The notes: generated by a model from the letters alone, not told the origin. A DNA stretch of 64,000 nt from an uncultured Desulfobacter sp. (GCA_963665095.1 OY762069.1:4192001-4256000); one strand, 5' to 3'. Counted from the first letter of the stretch, positions 38,978 to 50,856 are shown. A program made the numbers and translations.

Positions 38978-41900
38978 ATGAGAATATCGATACGATGGGC
39001 GATGGTTCTTGGCTGCCTTGGTCTCATCTGGGGAATGCAGATCCTGATCACTTCGTCCACTTACGTGTCATCCCAGCAGATGCTGGCCGGTCATGCCCGG
39101 GACGTGATGCAGAACATCGCGGATCTGACCATGACCCAGTCAAAAAACCATCTCCAGCTGGCCCAGAGAGCAGCCCATCTGACCAAACGCCTGGTTGCCT
39201 CCGAGGTGGTCGGCAGTGACAACCAGCAGTATGATATTCTGGAACGGTATTTTCTGGACCAGTTATCCTTGTACTCCCATTTCGCCGGTATTTACATCGG
39301 CATGCCCAATGGCGGCTTTTTTTATGTCAGCCGCAGTGACGCCCAAACCCCCGGCGGATTCCGGACCAAGGTGATTGATCATCTCAATGGGGGGAGAAAG
39401 GCCCGTCTGATCTGGCGGAAGCCGGACGGCAGCCTGATAAAAGTGTCTGAGGACCCCAATGACGCGTATGATCCCCGGCAGCGTCCCTGGTATCAGAAAT
39501 CCCTTGCCGAACGGGCCATTATCTGGACGGATCCCTACATTTTCTTTTCATCACAAAAACCAGGCATCACAGTGGCAGGCCCAATTTTCAAAGGAAACGG
39601 CCAGCTACAAAGTATTGTGGGTGTGGATATTGAAATTGATGAACTCTCCACATTTATCAGCCGGTTGCGAATCGGCAAGCATGGCCGGGCCTTTATGCTC
39701 AATAACAACGGTGATGTGGTGGCGTTTCCCGACATTTCCAAAATTAAACAGGACGAGGGCGCCGAAGCGCACCACTTCAGAATGGTTAAAATTGATGAAC
39801 TGGACGATGAACTGAGCCGTGCAGCATTTCATGCCATCCAGTGGCAGCGGACAGAAACCGGCCTTCTGCAGCTCGACCACTCCCAGTTTGCCAAATTCAC
39901 CCACAACGGCGAGGTGTACAACACCATGTTCACCCAGTTTGCAGATTCACACTGGCCCTGGATGATCGGCGTGTATATACCGGAGAATGACTACCTGGGC
40001 GCACTCAAGAAAAATCGGTCACTCAACATCTGGATTACCCTGGTCCTTTCAGTGATTACCACCCTGGTGGGTCTGCAGTTGTTTCGCAGCATCACACGCC
40101 CCCTCATGGGACTGGAGAAAGAGGCGCTTGCCATCAAACAGAATGATCTGACCGCCAGCTTCAATACCCGCTCCATATTTAAAGAGATAGATGAGACCGC
40201 TGCCGCTTTTTCACAGATGAAGGCCTCGCTGCAAACCAGTGAAAAAAAGTATCGCCGGATTTTTGAAAACATTCAGGACATCTACTTTGAATGCACTGTT
40301 GATGGAGATATTCTCGAAGTAAGTCCATCTGTGGAAGCGTTGATCCGTCAGAATCGCAAAGAGATCATCGGGACCAAGCTCATGCAGTTTTATAAAAATG
40401 CCGATGATCACCAGCGTTTTTTATCCAACATCTTTGCTGACGGATCCGTGAGTGACTGGGAGATTACACTGGTAAACGAAGACGGAGGGATCGCCTACGG
40501 CTCGGTTACGGCTACACTGAAACGCAATACCGCCGGTAAAGCTGAAAAAATTATCGGGTCCCTGCGCATTATCACCGACAGAAAAAAAGCCGACCTGAAA
40601 CTGCGGCAGTACCAGGATATGCTGGAGGATCTTGTGGAAGAGCGAACCCGGGATCTGCAGAAAAGCAATAAGCAACTGCGCAATGAAATTGACGCACGAA
40701 TTGAAAAAGAAGAGGCGCTCAGGCGCAGCGAGGAGAAGTACCGGTCCATCATAGAGAATACCAACAACGGCTATTACGAAGTCGATATCAACGGTTGCCT
40801 GACCTTTTTCAACGATTCCCTGGCCCTGATTCTCGGATATCCTGCTGAAGAACTTCAGGGCATGGATTACGCCATTCTGATGGATGCCGATGTCCTACGA
40901 CAGATGCCGGAAAAGCCTTCGGACAGTTACCGGTCCGGGATGAACAGCAACCTGTCCCGCCTGACAATCACCCGCCGGGACGGGAGCCGGCGGACCGTGG
41001 ATGTTTCAACCGAGCCTATTCTTGATAAAAACGGTATCAGGATCGGCCAGAGGGGTGTTGTTCTTGATATCAGCGAGCGGCTAAATGCCGAAATAGAGAA
41101 AAAGAAGCTTGAAGAACGTCTGCATCAAATTCAGCGGCTGGAGGGCATCGGAACCCTGGCCGGCGGCGTGGCCCATGACTTCAACAATCTGCTGATGGGT
41201 ATTCAGGGCAATATATCGTTGATGATGCTTAAACCCGATCTTTCAGAGTATAATTACAACAAACTGAAAAGCATCGAGTCCTGCGTGCTCTCCGGAACCA
41301 AACTCACCCAGCAGCTGCTCGGATTTGCACGGGGCGGCAAGTACGTGGCCAAGGCACTGAATTTTAATCAGATTGTCATAAACACCGCCCGCATGTTCGG
41401 CCGCACGCGCAAGGAGATCCGGATTGAGGAGAATATAGAACACGACCTGTGGGCAATCATGGCCGATAAAAACCAGATTGAACAGGTCCTGCTCAACATT
41501 TACATAAACGCCTGGCAGGCCATGCCCGAGGGGGGCACAGTCCTGATTGATGCCCGGAATATGGTCCTTGATGCCACGTTTTCAAAGGCGTTTGACATTC
41601 AGCCGGGACGATATGTATGCGTGTCAATCTCTGATACCGGCATGGGTATTGACCCTGCAATCCAGGCAAAGATATTTGAGCCGTTCTTCACCACCAAGGG
41701 AATGGGCCGCGGCACAGGGTTGGGTCTTGCCTCTGCCTATGGCATTATCAAGAATCATGACGGTGCCATTGATTTTGTCAGCCAGCCGGGCAAAGGCACC
41801 ACCTTTTATGTGTATCTTCCAGCCTCTGATGCAGATATCGAACCGGACCCAGCACTGTCCGATGCAATTGTCAAAGGGACTGAAACACTTCTGCTCATTG

Positions 41901-42244
41901 ATGATGAAGATGTCATTCTACAGGTGGAGCAACCCATGCTTGAATCGCTGGGGTACAAAGTGATGACCGCATCGGACGGCGGAACAGCGGTGGAGCTCTT
42001 CCGCCGGTTCTCCGGGGAGATTGACCTGGTGATCCTGGATGTAATCATGCCGGGTATGAGCGGCGGTGCGGTTTTCGATGAGTTGAAATCCATCGACCCC
42101 CAGGTCCTGGTGCTGCTCTCCAGTGGATACAGCCTCAGGGGGCAGGCAGAAGAGATCCTGTCACGGGGATGTATCGGTTTTATTCAGAAACCGTTTTCCC
42201 TGGAACAACTCAGCGCCAGGCTTCGCGGCGTATTTGACAATTGA
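38978..42244 (+). CDS. Hybrid histidine kinase (dCache, HAMP, 2 PAS, HisKA, HATPase, REC)
   Basis: [14 protein letters not shown] Cache motif, [20 protein letters not shown] and a REC domain. Confidence 0.96.
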   Translation: MRISIRWAMVLGCLGLIWGMQILITSSTYVSSQQMLAGHARDVMQNIADLTMTQSKNHLQLAQRAAHLTKRLVASEVVGSDNQQYDILERYFLDQLSLYSHFAGIYIGMPNGGFFYVSRSDAQTPGGFRTKVIDHLNGGRKARLIWRKPDGSLIKVSEDPNDAYDPRQRPWYQKSLAERAIIWTDPYIFFSSQKPGITVAGPIFKGNGQLQSIVGVDIEIDELSTFISRLRIGKHGRAFMLNNNGDVVAFPDISKIKQDEGAEAHHFRMVKIDELDDELSRAAFHAIQWQRTETGLLQLDHSQFAKFTHNGEVYNTMFTQFADSHWPWMIGVYIPENDYLGALKKNRSLNIWITLVLSVITTLVGLQLFRSITRPLMGLEKEALAIKQNDLTASFNTRSIFKEIDETAAAFSQMKASLQTSEKKYRRIFENIQDIYFECTVDGDILEVSPSVEALIRQNRKEIIGTKLMQFYKNADDHQRFLSNIFADGSVSDWEITLVNEDGGIAYGSVTATLKRNTAGKAEKIIGSLRIITDRKKADLKLRQYQDMLEDLVEERTRDLQKSNKQLRNEIDARIEKEEALRRSEEKYRSIIENTNNGYYEVDINGCLTFFNDSLALILGYPAEELQGMDYAILMDADVLRQMPEKPSDSYRSGMNSNLSRLTITRRDGSRRTVDVSTEPILDKNGIRIGQRGVVLDISERLNAEIEKKKLEERLHQIQRLEGIGTLAGGVAHDFNNLLMGIQGNISLMMLKPDLSEYNYNKLKSIESCVLSGTKLTQQLLGFARGGKYVAKALNFNQIVINTARMFGRTRKEIRIEENIEHDLWAIMADKNQIEQVLLNIYINAWQAMPEGGTVLIDARNMVLDATFSKAFDIQPGRYVCVSISDTGMGIDPAIQAKIFEPFFTTKGMGRGTGLGLASAYGIIKNHDGAIDFVSQPGKGTTFYVYLPASDADIEPDPALSDAIVKGTETLLLIDDEDVILQVEQPMLESLGYKVMTASDGGTAVELFRRFSGEIDLVILDVIMPGMSGGAVFDELKSIDPQVLVLLSSGYSLRGQAEEILSRGCIGFIQKPFSLEQLSARLRGVFDN

Positions 42245-42261
42245 CGGCTTTCATCCCTGTG

Positions 42262-44511
42262 TCATGAACCTGCCGGCACAGCTGCCACCCGGCAGGGCAC
42301 ATATCTGTGAAGTGGGGTGCCCAGAGGGTCCCGGTGGGTATTCCGGGTCAACCGGTTTACATTAACACCGTAGGTCCGGCCCTTATATGTATAACCAAAT
42401 CCATGGGGCACCAGAACTGTGCCGGGCGCGGCAGCATCACTGACCTCCACCGGAAGTTCCTGGGAACCGGCCTGGGTAGTGATGTTTGCCATGTCCCCGT
42501 CCTTAAGCCCCAGGAGGTCCGCATCCAGGGGGTTGATCATCAGGGTGCAGTCCCGCCGGCCCCTGTTCCACTCAGGATTTCTCATCAGCGAGTTGATATT
42601 GTACTTAAAGTGCCGGCCTGCGTTAAGAACCAGGGGGAATTGCGACGAGCGCTGCAGGGCGCTTGACTCCGCTTCGGGGTTTAATCCCCTGGCAGCGTCA
42701 GCCAGTTCAGGGATATGAATTTCAATTTTCCCGGACGGGGTTTTAATGTGTGCCATTGGGTCATTCTCATCGGCTTTTCCCACCCACAATCCCTGGGGGG
42801 TCTCCAGCAGAGCCTGGAATATCTGATCGCCCTGGGTCAGATCAGATGCAAACCCGGCTCTTTCCGCATGGGCACTAAACTGCCCGGGGGCCGTCATGAG
42901 CATGCCCCAGAAGCCGGCTTTTGCCGCACTGTCCCAGACCTTGCCAAGGGTTTTGGCCAGAACAAAGGGCATGGTTTTAAGGGCCCTGGGCTCGGTGGCG
43001 GCCCAGGCCATCAAAGCCCCGCCAAAAGCCATGCGATCCCCCTGGGCCGCCTTGTATAAAGATTCCGGGATATCCGGTATCAGCCCTAAACGGTCTGCCA
43101 GAAGGGTATGAATCTGGGAAGCTTCCAGGCACTGGCCGGGGGGTGCCACCAGAGGGCGGCGAAGCTGACCAAATATTTCCGGCCAGGTCCAGGGGAAAAA
43201 GGTGGTGTCCCAGGATTCATAATAGGAACGGCACGGAAGCACATAGTCGGCCAGTGCCGCAGTCTCGCTCATGACAATATCGTTGACCACCAGCAGATCC
43301 AGCTGCCTGAACGCGTTTTCATAGGCCTGGGTATCGGGATAGGCCCGCAAAGGATTGCAGGCAGAGACATACACGGCCCGGACCCGGTCAGGATGGCCGG
43401 ATAAGATCTCCTCCGGCAGGACTGCCGGAGGAAAAGAACCGGCAGCAGCCGGCGGCATATCTGTGGCAAGGGTTTTCCAGATTTTTGGGTTCCGCTCATC
43501 CGCATGAAAGCCCATGGGCATGATCATGCCCGGAATCATGTTGCCCCCCGGTGTCTGAAAAACCCCGCAGACACTGCCCAGAATCGCCAGAAAATAGGAG
43601 TTAAGCGTGGAGTGACGGCCCATATAAATCCCTAAATCCTGGTGAAAACTCCAGCGCTTCTTAACCATCAGACGGCACAGGTTCTCAACCTCCCCCTGCG
43701 CCAGGCCGCATACCTCAAGGGCATGGGGCACATCAAACCCGTCAAACCAGGGTCGCACCTTATCCCAGCCATCCACAAATTTTTCCAGATATGCCCTGTC
43801 TTCCCATCCATGGCCCAGGATAATGGCAATCATGGCCTTGATGAGCAGGGCATCGGTGCCGGGACGAAGTGCCAGATGGATATCGGCAATCCGGGCGGTA
43901 TCGCTTTTCCGGGGATCAATCACCACCAGTTGCCGGTCCGGATCCGTGGCAATCTGTTTGAGTATCACAGGAGCCCGGGGCATCTGGTGGCTCTCCACAC
44001 CGTTCCATCCCCAGGCCACCAGCATCTGGGTATTGCGTTCATCCGGCTCGCTGATGTTGTACTGTTTGCCCATGACCCGGCCGGCCACCCACCAGACACC
44101 TGAAAATTCCTGGCCCGCAGAGGAGTAATAATACTGGGAGCCCATACCCCGTAACAGGCTTAGGCCAAAACCCGCCTCCATGTGCCCCCCCTGGGAGCTG
44201 CCCCCCACGTAAACCAGAGCGCGGGGCCCGTGCTGATCCACGGTGACTTTAATTTTATCTGCAATCTGGGCAATGGCATCGTCCCAGGAAATTTTTTCAA
44301 ACCGGCCGTTCACCTTTTTCAACGGGTGGGTGAGCCGGTCCTCCTGGTACTGGTGGTACAGGACATTAAGTCCTTTTCTGCAGACATATCCTTTACTGCG
44401 CAGGTTCTCTTTGTCCGGCAGCACTTTTGTCATCCGGCCGTTTTCAACAAAAATCTTCAGCCCGCAGTTCTGGGCGCACAATACACATCCGGTCTGGTGC
44501 CAGGTTCCCAT
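42262..44511 (-). CDS. Molybdopterin (MopB/DMSOR superfamily) oxidoreductase catalytic subunit
   Basis: N-terminal CVLCAQNC..C, IDPR, RPGTD, SETAALADYVLP and a C-terminal MPT-binding domain. Confidence 0.92.
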   Translation of the reverse strand: MGTWHQTGCVLCAQNCGLKIFVENGRMTKVLPDKENLRSKGYVCRKGLNVLYHQYQEDRLTHPLKKVNGRFEKISWDDAIAQIADKIKVTVDQHGPRALVYVGGSSQGGHMEAGFGLSLLRGMGSQYYYSSAGQEFSGVWWVAGRVMGKQYNISEPDERNTQMLVAWGWNGVESHQMPRAPVILKQIATDPDRQLVVIDPRKSDTARIADIHLALRPGTDALLIKAMIAIILGHGWEDRAYLEKFVDGWDKVRPWFDGFDVPHALEVCGLAQGEVENLCRLMVKKRWSFHQDLGIYMGRHSTLNSYFLAILGSVCGVFQTPGGNMIPGMIMPMGFHADERNPKIWKTLATDMPPAAAGSFPPAVLPEEILSGHPDRVRAVYVSACNPLRAYPDTQAYENAFRQLDLLVVNDIVMSETAALADYVLPCRSYYESWDTTFFPWTWPEIFGQLRRPLVAPPGQCLEASQIHTLLADRLGLIPDIPESLYKAAQGDRMAFGGALMAWAATEPRALKTMPFVLAKTLGKVWDSAAKAGFWGMLMTAPGQFSAHAERAGFASDLTQGDQIFQALLETPQGLWVGKADENDPMAHIKTPSGKIEIHIPELADAARGLNPEAESSALQRSSQFPLVLNAGRHFKYNINSLMRNPEWNRGRRDCTLMINPLDADLLGLKDGDMANITTQAGSQELPVEVSDAAAPGTVLVPHGFGYTYKGRTYGVNVNRLTRNTHRDPLGTPLHRYVPCRVAAVPAGS

Positions 44512-44543
44512 ACATCCTCCTTGCTGATTGAATCTTCTGCTAT

Positions 44544-45605
44544 TTAGATGTTTCCCCTTTCCTGGGCCATTGTGAGGTACGTCGTAAATGTGTTTTCAGG
44601 CGGCACATATTGCTCCGCTTCCGCCTTTTTCACCAGGGCCAGAGCCCCGGACGGACAGACAGGCACACACACACCACAGCCGATACAGCGATCCAGGTTA
44701 ACAACAGCCGCATCATCCTCTATGACAATGGCATCCATGTGACAGCGGTCCATGCAGGCCTCACACCCGACACACTCATCCGCATCCACCCGGGCAAAAT
44801 AGTTGGAGTGTACTGCCTTTGCCGGCGCTTCAAGTTTTCTTAAATTCCCCAGCACCTGACAGCAGCAGCCGCAGCACATGCAGATATTGCCGGGCTCCTG
44901 GGCATTGCCGGGCTGGAGTACAAGTCCGGCCTCACGGCCCTTTTCAAGGATGGTCAGGGCCTCGTCCACATCAATGGAGCGGCCAAGACCGTTCCCCTCG
45001 TAATAATACGCCCCGGAACCAAATGAAAGGCATACCTCCACAGGATATTTGCAGGGTTGCCCCACCATGTCGTGCTCCTTGCGGCAGATGCAGTCACTGA
45101 CCACGATTTTCTTCTGTTTTTTAATAATTTCTTCAGCGGTCTCATAGGGCATGGTGGCCAGATCCACGGTCACCTCCTTTGCCACAGGTATGACACGCAG
45201 CTGTTTGGTTTTATGCTTAAGCCAGCTCTCTTTCATATAGTGGGGCAGATACTGATTCACATCCTTGATAAGCCCCTGGTTGAGCCGGTTGAGATTAAAC
45301 TCCCAGATACCGATCACAAACTGAATGGCCATGTATGAGGGGGAATCATCTTTTCCCGCCCGAAAGATCAATCCCTTCTTTGACATCTCCATTAACCTGG
45401 CACCTAAACTGTCCGGGTCCTTTTCCAGCCGCTCGGCAATCACCGGTACCGGTTCCGGCCACATATTCAGGCCCAGAACAATGGCGGCCTCTTCCTCAGT
45501 GAAAAGTCTTTCAAGAATTTTAATTTCCACGCCGGATTCTGTGGCCGGAAAACCTGCGGGCATTTTATCCAGATGCCGGGCCAGTTTTTTGAACAGTTCG
45601 GTCAT
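44544..45605 (-). CDS. 4Fe-4S dicluster protein with N-terminal wHTH-like region
   Basis: CICR, ICMCCGCCC, CVGCEACMDRC and CIGCGVCVPVCP motifs. Confidence 0.9.
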   Translation of the reverse strand: MTELFKKLARHLDKMPAGFPATESGVEIKILERLFTEEEAAIVLGLNMWPEPVPVIAERLEKDPDSLGARLMEMSKKGLIFRAGKDDSPSYMAIQFVIGIWEFNLNRLNQGLIKDVNQYLPHYMKESWLKHKTKQLRVIPVAKEVTVDLATMPYETAEEIIKKQKKIVVSDCICRKEHDMVGQPCKYPVEVCLSFGSGAYYYEGNGLGRSIDVDEALTILEKGREAGLVLQPGNAQEPGNICMCCGCCCQVLGNLRKLEAPAKAVHSNYFARVDADECVGCEACMDRCHMDAIVIEDDAAVVNLDRCIGCGVCVPVCPSGALALVKKAEAEQYVPPENTFTTYLTMAQERGNI

Positions 45606-45755
45606 AGTAAGCTCCCTGCTTAAGTTGTGAAAAATTGAATGCAATACGATAGTTTCTACACAAAACCGTTATCCCTCTTTTACCTGTTGAAATGGAAAAA
45701 GGAAAGTGTCATAAATGACAAATTATGTGCAATAAATGACTTTAGGAAGGGCTCT

Positions 45756-46748
45756 ATGAACCAGGTGAATATCAGTTTATGGGTAACAGAGGGCTGTCTG
45801 TCATCTGCGGTGCTAACGCTTCTGGACACCTTTACCATTGCCAACCACTGGTACAGCTATCTGAATAAACAAAGCCGGACGCCTTTGTTTAACGCACGCA
45901 TTGTCTCCACATCGGGCAGGCCTGTGACCGTGTCGGGCCATGTCCGGCTCACGCCGGAACTGGCCCTTGAAGAGATTGAACAAACCGACTGTGTGGTGGT
46001 GTCACCCATGCTGCCCCATGTGGACGCCATGCCCCGTGACCTGGATCAGCTTGCTGACTGGCTGAAAAAGCGAAAGACTGAGGGCACTGTGATCGCTTCG
46101 GTGTGCACCGGCACCTTTATTCTGGCCCAGGCAGGGCTTCTGGAGGGGAAAAAAGCCACTACCAACTGGCACTTTGCCCATTTTTTCAAGCGGCGCTACC
46201 CCGACGTCACACTTCTGCCCGAAGACATTCTTGTGGAAGACGACGGTGTTATCACCACAGGTGCGGCCACGGCCGTCAACAATCTGGCCATACACCTGAT
46301 CCGGCGGTTCAGCTCCCGGGAACTGGCATCGGTCTGCGCCAAGGCCCTGCTCATTGATGCCAGCCGCCTCACCCAGTCCCCCTACTCCATGTCCACCCCC
46401 TTTTACGGACACGGCGATGCCCAGGTGTTAAAGGCCCAGGAACTCATTGAAAACGACTACGCCCGGATCACCGGCATTGACGACATTGCCCGGGATGTGG
46501 GCATCAGTCCCAGACACTTCAAGCGGCGGTTTAAAAAGGCCACCGGAGACCTGCCCATCAAATACCTGCAGAAGGTAAGAATAGAAGCGGCCAAGGAGCA
46601 GCTTGAAACTACTGCCGGCAGTCTGGAGGAGATCACCTTAGCTGTAGGGTACAAGGATGTCAGCTCTTTTTGCCGGCTGTTTAAACAGCACACCCGGACC
46701 TCTCCGAAAAATTACAGAGAAAAATTTTATTATCGTCTTCATGCATAA
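45756..46748 (+). CDS. GlxA-type AraC regulator (DJ-1/PfpI + HTH)
   Basis: SVCTGTFILAQAGLLEGKKATTNW and a C-terminal AraC HTH. Confidence 0.95.
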   Translation: MNQVNISLWVTEGCLSSAVLTLLDTFTIANHWYSYLNKQSRTPLFNARIVSTSGRPVTVSGHVRLTPELALEEIEQTDCVVVSPMLPHVDAMPRDLDQLADWLKKRKTEGTVIASVCTGTFILAQAGLLEGKKATTNWHFAHFFKRRYPDVTLLPEDILVEDDGVITTGAATAVNNLAIHLIRRFSSRELASVCAKALLIDASRLTQSPYSMSTPFYGHGDAQVLKAQELIENDYARITGIDDIARDVGISPRHFKRRFKKATGDLPIKYLQKVRIEAAKEQLETTAGSLEEITLAVGYKDVSSFCRLFKQHTRTSPKNYREKFYYRLHA

Positions 46749-46926
46749 ACCCTCCAGGGGGCGGCGTCAGGATAGATCAGACCCCTGACCCGTAGCGCCT
46801 GCACGGGCAGGATGGGAACTCACAGCCGGGCTGTAAAATTATATTCTTACCAAAGCCACATGAAACCCTCACAAATCTGTTATGAAATGCCTCCACACTC
46901 ATTTTTATTTTACAATCGGAGGAAAA

Positions 46927-48207
46927 ATGAAAAACATCCTGTTAGTAACCCTGGTCGCCATGCTTTGTGCATCCTGCGTTTCCCTGAACAAGAACATTGA
47001 TTCCGTGCCGGTGACCGGCGCGGGTCTACCCTACACAGTTCTGTCTACCCTGCCCAATGGAACGGAAATCAGAAACGGCGGATTTGGATCTTCTGCAGTG
47101 GCCCATCCCCAAAAGGACAACATGTTTTATGCGCTGACGGACAGAGGCCCCAATGCCACCTACAAAGGAAAGGCTGGAAAAGGAAAAAAATTTCCTGTCG
47201 CATCCTACAGCCCGCGTATCGGTCTTTTCAAGGTGAACAATAACGGTACTGTCACCATGGAAAAAGAGATTATCCTTAAAAATCCCCAGGGCACCCCCAT
47301 CACTGGTCTGCCAAACCCCAAAGGCAGAGGAACAACCGGTGAGATCCCCTATGATAATGACGGCAAGGTCTTAAGTTACGATAATTATGGCCTTGACGGG
47401 GAGGGAATTGTGGCTCTGAGAAACGGGGAATTCTGGATCAGTGATGAATATGGCCCGCATATGGTGCATTACAGCGCTGATGGCGTAGAGCTGGAAAGAA
47501 TCAGTCCGGTGGGCGTGGACACAGGAACCAGAAAGCTTCCCGCCGTCTTCAAAAGAAGGCGGGCCAACAGGGGAATGGAAGGCCTTGCCATTACACCGGA
47601 TGAAAAAACCCTGGTGGGCATCATGCAGTCCACCCTGTACAACCCCTCTAAAAAGAAAGTGACCAACCCCACGGTCACCCGGATTGTCACCTTTGACCTG
47701 GCAACGGCTAAAACCCATCAGTATCTTTACCGGCAGAACAGCAAATGGCTCTCCAACTCTGAAATTACCGCCATCAGCGACAAAGCGTTCCTGGTCATTG
47801 AAAGGGACGGCAAATTTTCAGGCAATGGCCCCGCCCAGAAACACATTTACAAGATCACCCTTGACGGTGCCACAGACGTCTCAGGCGATTTTTACGCCCC
47901 TGACGGCATGATGATTAACGGTAAAACCCTGGAGCAATGCACCTGGGAGGAGATCGGAAATACCGGCATCATTCCGGTTAAAAAGGAGCTGGTTGCGGAT
48001 GTGGTCAAAGCGATACCCAACCACTATCCCCACGAAAAAATGGAAGGGATCTGGCTGATCAATGACACCACCCTTGGCATCCTCAATGATGATGATTTTG
48101 CCGTATCCGTCAAAGACGACGAGGTTATCCAGAAAATCCTGCCCGGTGCCGGCACCATCGACAAAAATACCCTGTATATCATTGATCTGGACAGAACTGT
48201 CAAATAG
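46927..48207 (+). CDS. Esterase-like/phytase-like beta-propeller lipoprotein
   Basis: Lipobox-like LCASC, plus LTDRGPN, WISDEYGP, NRGMEG and NDDDF motifs. Confidence 0.88.
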   Translation: MKNILLVTLVAMLCASCVSLNKNIDSVPVTGAGLPYTVLSTLPNGTEIRNGGFGSSAVAHPQKDNMFYALTDRGPNATYKGKAGKGKKFPVASYSPRIGLFKVNNNGTVTMEKEIILKNPQGTPITGLPNPKGRGTTGEIPYDNDGKVLSYDNYGLDGEGIVALRNGEFWISDEYGPHMVHYSADGVELERISPVGVDTGTRKLPAVFKRRRANRGMEGLAITPDEKTLVGIMQSTLYNPSKKKVTNPTVTRIVTFDLATAKTHQYLYRQNSKWLSNSEITAISDKAFLVIERDGKFSGNGPAQKHIYKITLDGATDVSGDFYAPDGMMINGKTLEQCTWEEIGNTGIIPVKKELVADVVKAIPNHYPHEKMEGIWLINDTTLGILNDDDFAVSVKDDEVIQKILPGAGTIDKNTLYIIDLDRTVK

Positions 48208-48234
48208 CTTCACCTCAATAAAAATCATTGCATC

Positions 48235-48265
48235 GCCTGTCCGCAAATAGTTTTTGCGGACAGGC
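48235..48265. terminator. Hairpin between convergent genes
   Basis: GCCTGTCCGCAAA / TTTGCGGACAGGC 13-bp stem. Confidence 0.6.
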
Positions 48266-48397
48266 CGAATTGGTTGATCATATGTTTTCAGACAGAAAGG
48301 CGAGATCGGTATTTTTAATACTCAGGGCATTTCCATTGCGGAACTGCGTTACGATATTTTTAGTGTTTGGACAAACACAGGGTTCTATCAGGCCGGA

Positions 48398-49075
48398 TCA
48401 GGACTCTTTTTGACCGGCCGTATCATAAAACTGTCTGATAAATGATTCCTGGACCTGGTAGGACCAGTGGACATCCTTGAGAACACTTGCGGCCTGTTCC
48501 GGATTTCCCTTTCTGAGATATTCGATATACCGCTCGTGTTCGTCACAATTTCGCAATTCCCACGCCTGAATATAACTCTGCCCCTGAAAGTCGTACAGCC
48601 TGTGTTTTATGGGCAGAATAAATTTTTTTAACAACAGGTTGTCAGACAGGTTATTCACTACATCGTGGAAAGCGATATTCGTTTTAAATAAACTGGAAAA
48701 ATTATCGTTTTTTATATCTTCGCGCATCTGGTCATTGAGCCGTTCCAGGCGCTGAATATGTGTGGGTCTTATCCGGTCAAAGGTGCCCACTACAATGGCG
48801 GCCTCAATAATACCGATGGCATCATAGGCATGCCTGACTTCATCAAGGGACAGGGCATTCACCATAACTCCACGCCGGGGCAGGATGGTGACAAACCCCT
48901 CCTGCTCAAGGTGGATCAGGGCGTCACGCAACGGGGTCTTGCTGATGCCAAGCTGATCGGCAATTTTGTTCAGGTTGATGGTTGACCCGGGCAAAAGCCC
49001 CCCTGTGATCATTTCATTTTTCAGGTATTCATATACCTGCTCCCGTAAAGAAGACACATTGAGCAGCGGCTTCAT
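48398..49075 (-). CDS. GntR family regulator (FCD type)
   Basis: SLREQVY, GISKTPLRDAL, PRRG and AFH..EH motifs. Confidence 0.93.
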   Translation of the reverse strand: MKPLLNVSSLREQVYEYLKNEMITGGLLPGSTINLNKIADQLGISKTPLRDALIHLEQEGFVTILPRRGVMVNALSLDEVRHAYDAIGIIEAAIVVGTFDRIRPTHIQRLERLNDQMREDIKNDNFSSLFKTNIAFHDVVNNLSDNLLLKKFILPIKHRLYDFQGQSYIQAWELRNCDEHERYIEYLRKGNPEQAASVLKDVHWSYQVQESFIRQFYDTAGQKES

Positions 49076-49325
49076 CTCTGTCCGTTCCTTGTGTTAGAAT
49101 GCCCATTGTTATGATCGAAAACCACCGGCCCGGCTTTCCACCCGTCTATACGGCAGAGGCGTTGTCCGGCATTGTGATTTGACAGTTAATATATCAGACA
49201 TCAGTTCCGGGTCAATAACCAAGCTTACTGGAAGACTGTCAATTTTCATCTTTTCTTCAGATTTTTGTGCCATACTGGTGTATAGTTGGCCGGCTGACGT
49301 TAATTTTAAAAAGAGTAAATTCGAT

Positions 49326-50240
49326 ATGATAGTAATTAATACCCTGTTTCCCCTCCTTGCAATGATGGCATTGGGCTGTTTCCTCAGACAAAGCGGCATC
49401 ACCTCTGATGAATTTTTAAAAACCCTGGACAAATTGGTGTATTATATCTTTTTCCCGGTCATGCTCTTCTGGAAAACATCCGGGACCACCGGGTCTGATC
49501 CTTCCGGTGTCGGGCTTGTTCTGTCCGGGGTCATTGCCGTAGCCATCGCTTCTGTTGCCAGCCTGTCATACATCGGAAAAGGCGGGGTGTCCCGTTATGG
49601 AGCGGGTTCCTTTTACCAGGCATGTTACCGGTTTAACACCTATATCGGCATGGCTGTTGTTCTTACCGTTCTAGGAGAAGAAGGCGTCAGGCTGTTCAGT
49701 ATTCTCATTGGCTGCATGATTCCCACCATTAATGTCATGGCTGTATCCGTTCTGATCTGGTACTCAGGTAAAAGCCCTTCGCTCGGCCGGCGCATGCGCT
49801 ACCTTCTTTGGGCAATAATCTCCAATCCGTTAATCCTAGGCTGTGCCGGCGGTCTTTTTTTGTCCCATACCGGGATAAAACTGCCGGTATTTATCAATAA
49901 CTCGTTTGCCCTGGTCTCCTCCATGACACTTCCCTTAGCCCTGATTTCCATGGGGGGCATATTAACCTTTTCCGGTATCACGCAGCATGGACGTGCCGCC
50001 TTTGCCGCAGCCGGCATAAAACTGATCATTCTGCCTGTGACAGGATTTCTTCTGCTCAAACTATTTGCCGTATCTGATCTGGCATTTAAAACGGGGATGA
50101 TCTATTTCTGCCTTCCCACCTCGACGGCCATTCACGTGCTCTCCGGCCAGCTGAACTCGGATGTGGAGCTTGCCTCCACAGCTGTCATGATATCAACGCT
50201 GGTGTCATTCATTTCCTTATCTGTGGCGTTGATTCTATAA
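49326..50240 (+). CDS. AEC family transporter
   Basis: LVYYIFFP, RFNTYIG, NPLI and PLALISMG motifs. About 10 TM segments. Confidence 0.92.
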   Translation: MIVINTLFPLLAMMALGCFLRQSGITSDEFLKTLDKLVYYIFFPVMLFWKTSGTTGSDPSGVGLVLSGVIAVAIASVASLSYIGKGGVSRYGAGSFYQACYRFNTYIGMAVVLTVLGEEGVRLFSILIGCMIPTINVMAVSVLIWYSGKSPSLGRRMRYLLWAIISNPLILGCAGGLFLSHTGIKLPVFINNSFALVSSMTLPLALISMGGILTFSGITQHGRAAFAAAGIKLIILPVTGFLLLKLFAVSDLAFKTGMIYFCLPTSTAIHVLSGQLNSDVELASTAVMISTLVSFISLSVALIL

Positions 50241-50247
50241 ATGAAAT

Positions 50248-50856
50248 TTAATCAAGGATTGATTTACAGTTTAATGATTTCAGAGTGGTCTCCTTGAAAG
50301 ACCGGGCCACAGATTCAATAAGATTGGGATCATCAAGGGAATTTTTCACGATACCAAACCCTTCCGACAGGGCAAGGATTTTAGCCGCTGCAATTCTTTT
50401 GTCTTCCACACTGGCAAGTCCGGTATTCTCCCATCCCACAATCTCTTCAACACCGAACTCAATAAATTTGAGCATCATGCCGCGTATTCTTTCCCGGATA
50501 TTTTCATCCCGGAATCCCATGGCATAACAGGACCAGAACACGGCGTCACGCTGGGGCCGGGTGCCGCTGGTATCAAACAGAATATCAAGCAGGGTCTCCA
50601 TACGTTCCCGGGGGTTGGTCAGTGATTCCAGTTCTTTCAGATAATGGTTCATGGAAGACTCATACAGGAAGTCCACCATTTCCATAATCAGGCCTTCCTT
50701 GCTCTTGAAATAGTGGATGAGCAGGCCGGAATTTACCCCCATGCGTTTGGCGATCTTGCCGATGGTCATTCCCTTGAAACCCTCTTCTTCCACAACTTTG
50801 TAGGTATGTCTCAATATTTCAGGTTTTCTGATGTGAGAGATACTTTTTCTGCCCAT
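50248..50856 (-). CDS. TetR family regulator (BetI-like)
   Basis: TIGKIAKRMGVNSGLLIHYFKSKE HTH. Confidence 0.92.
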   Translation of the reverse strand: MGRKSISHIRKPEILRHTYKVVEEEGFKGMTIGKIAKRMGVNSGLLIHYFKSKEGLIMEMVDFLYESSMNHYLKELESLTNPRERMETLLDILFDTSGTRPQRDAVFWSCYAMGFRDENIRERIRGMMLKFIEFGVEEIVGWENTGLASVEDKRIAAAKILALSEGFGIVKNSLDDPNLIESVARSFKETTLKSLNCKSILD

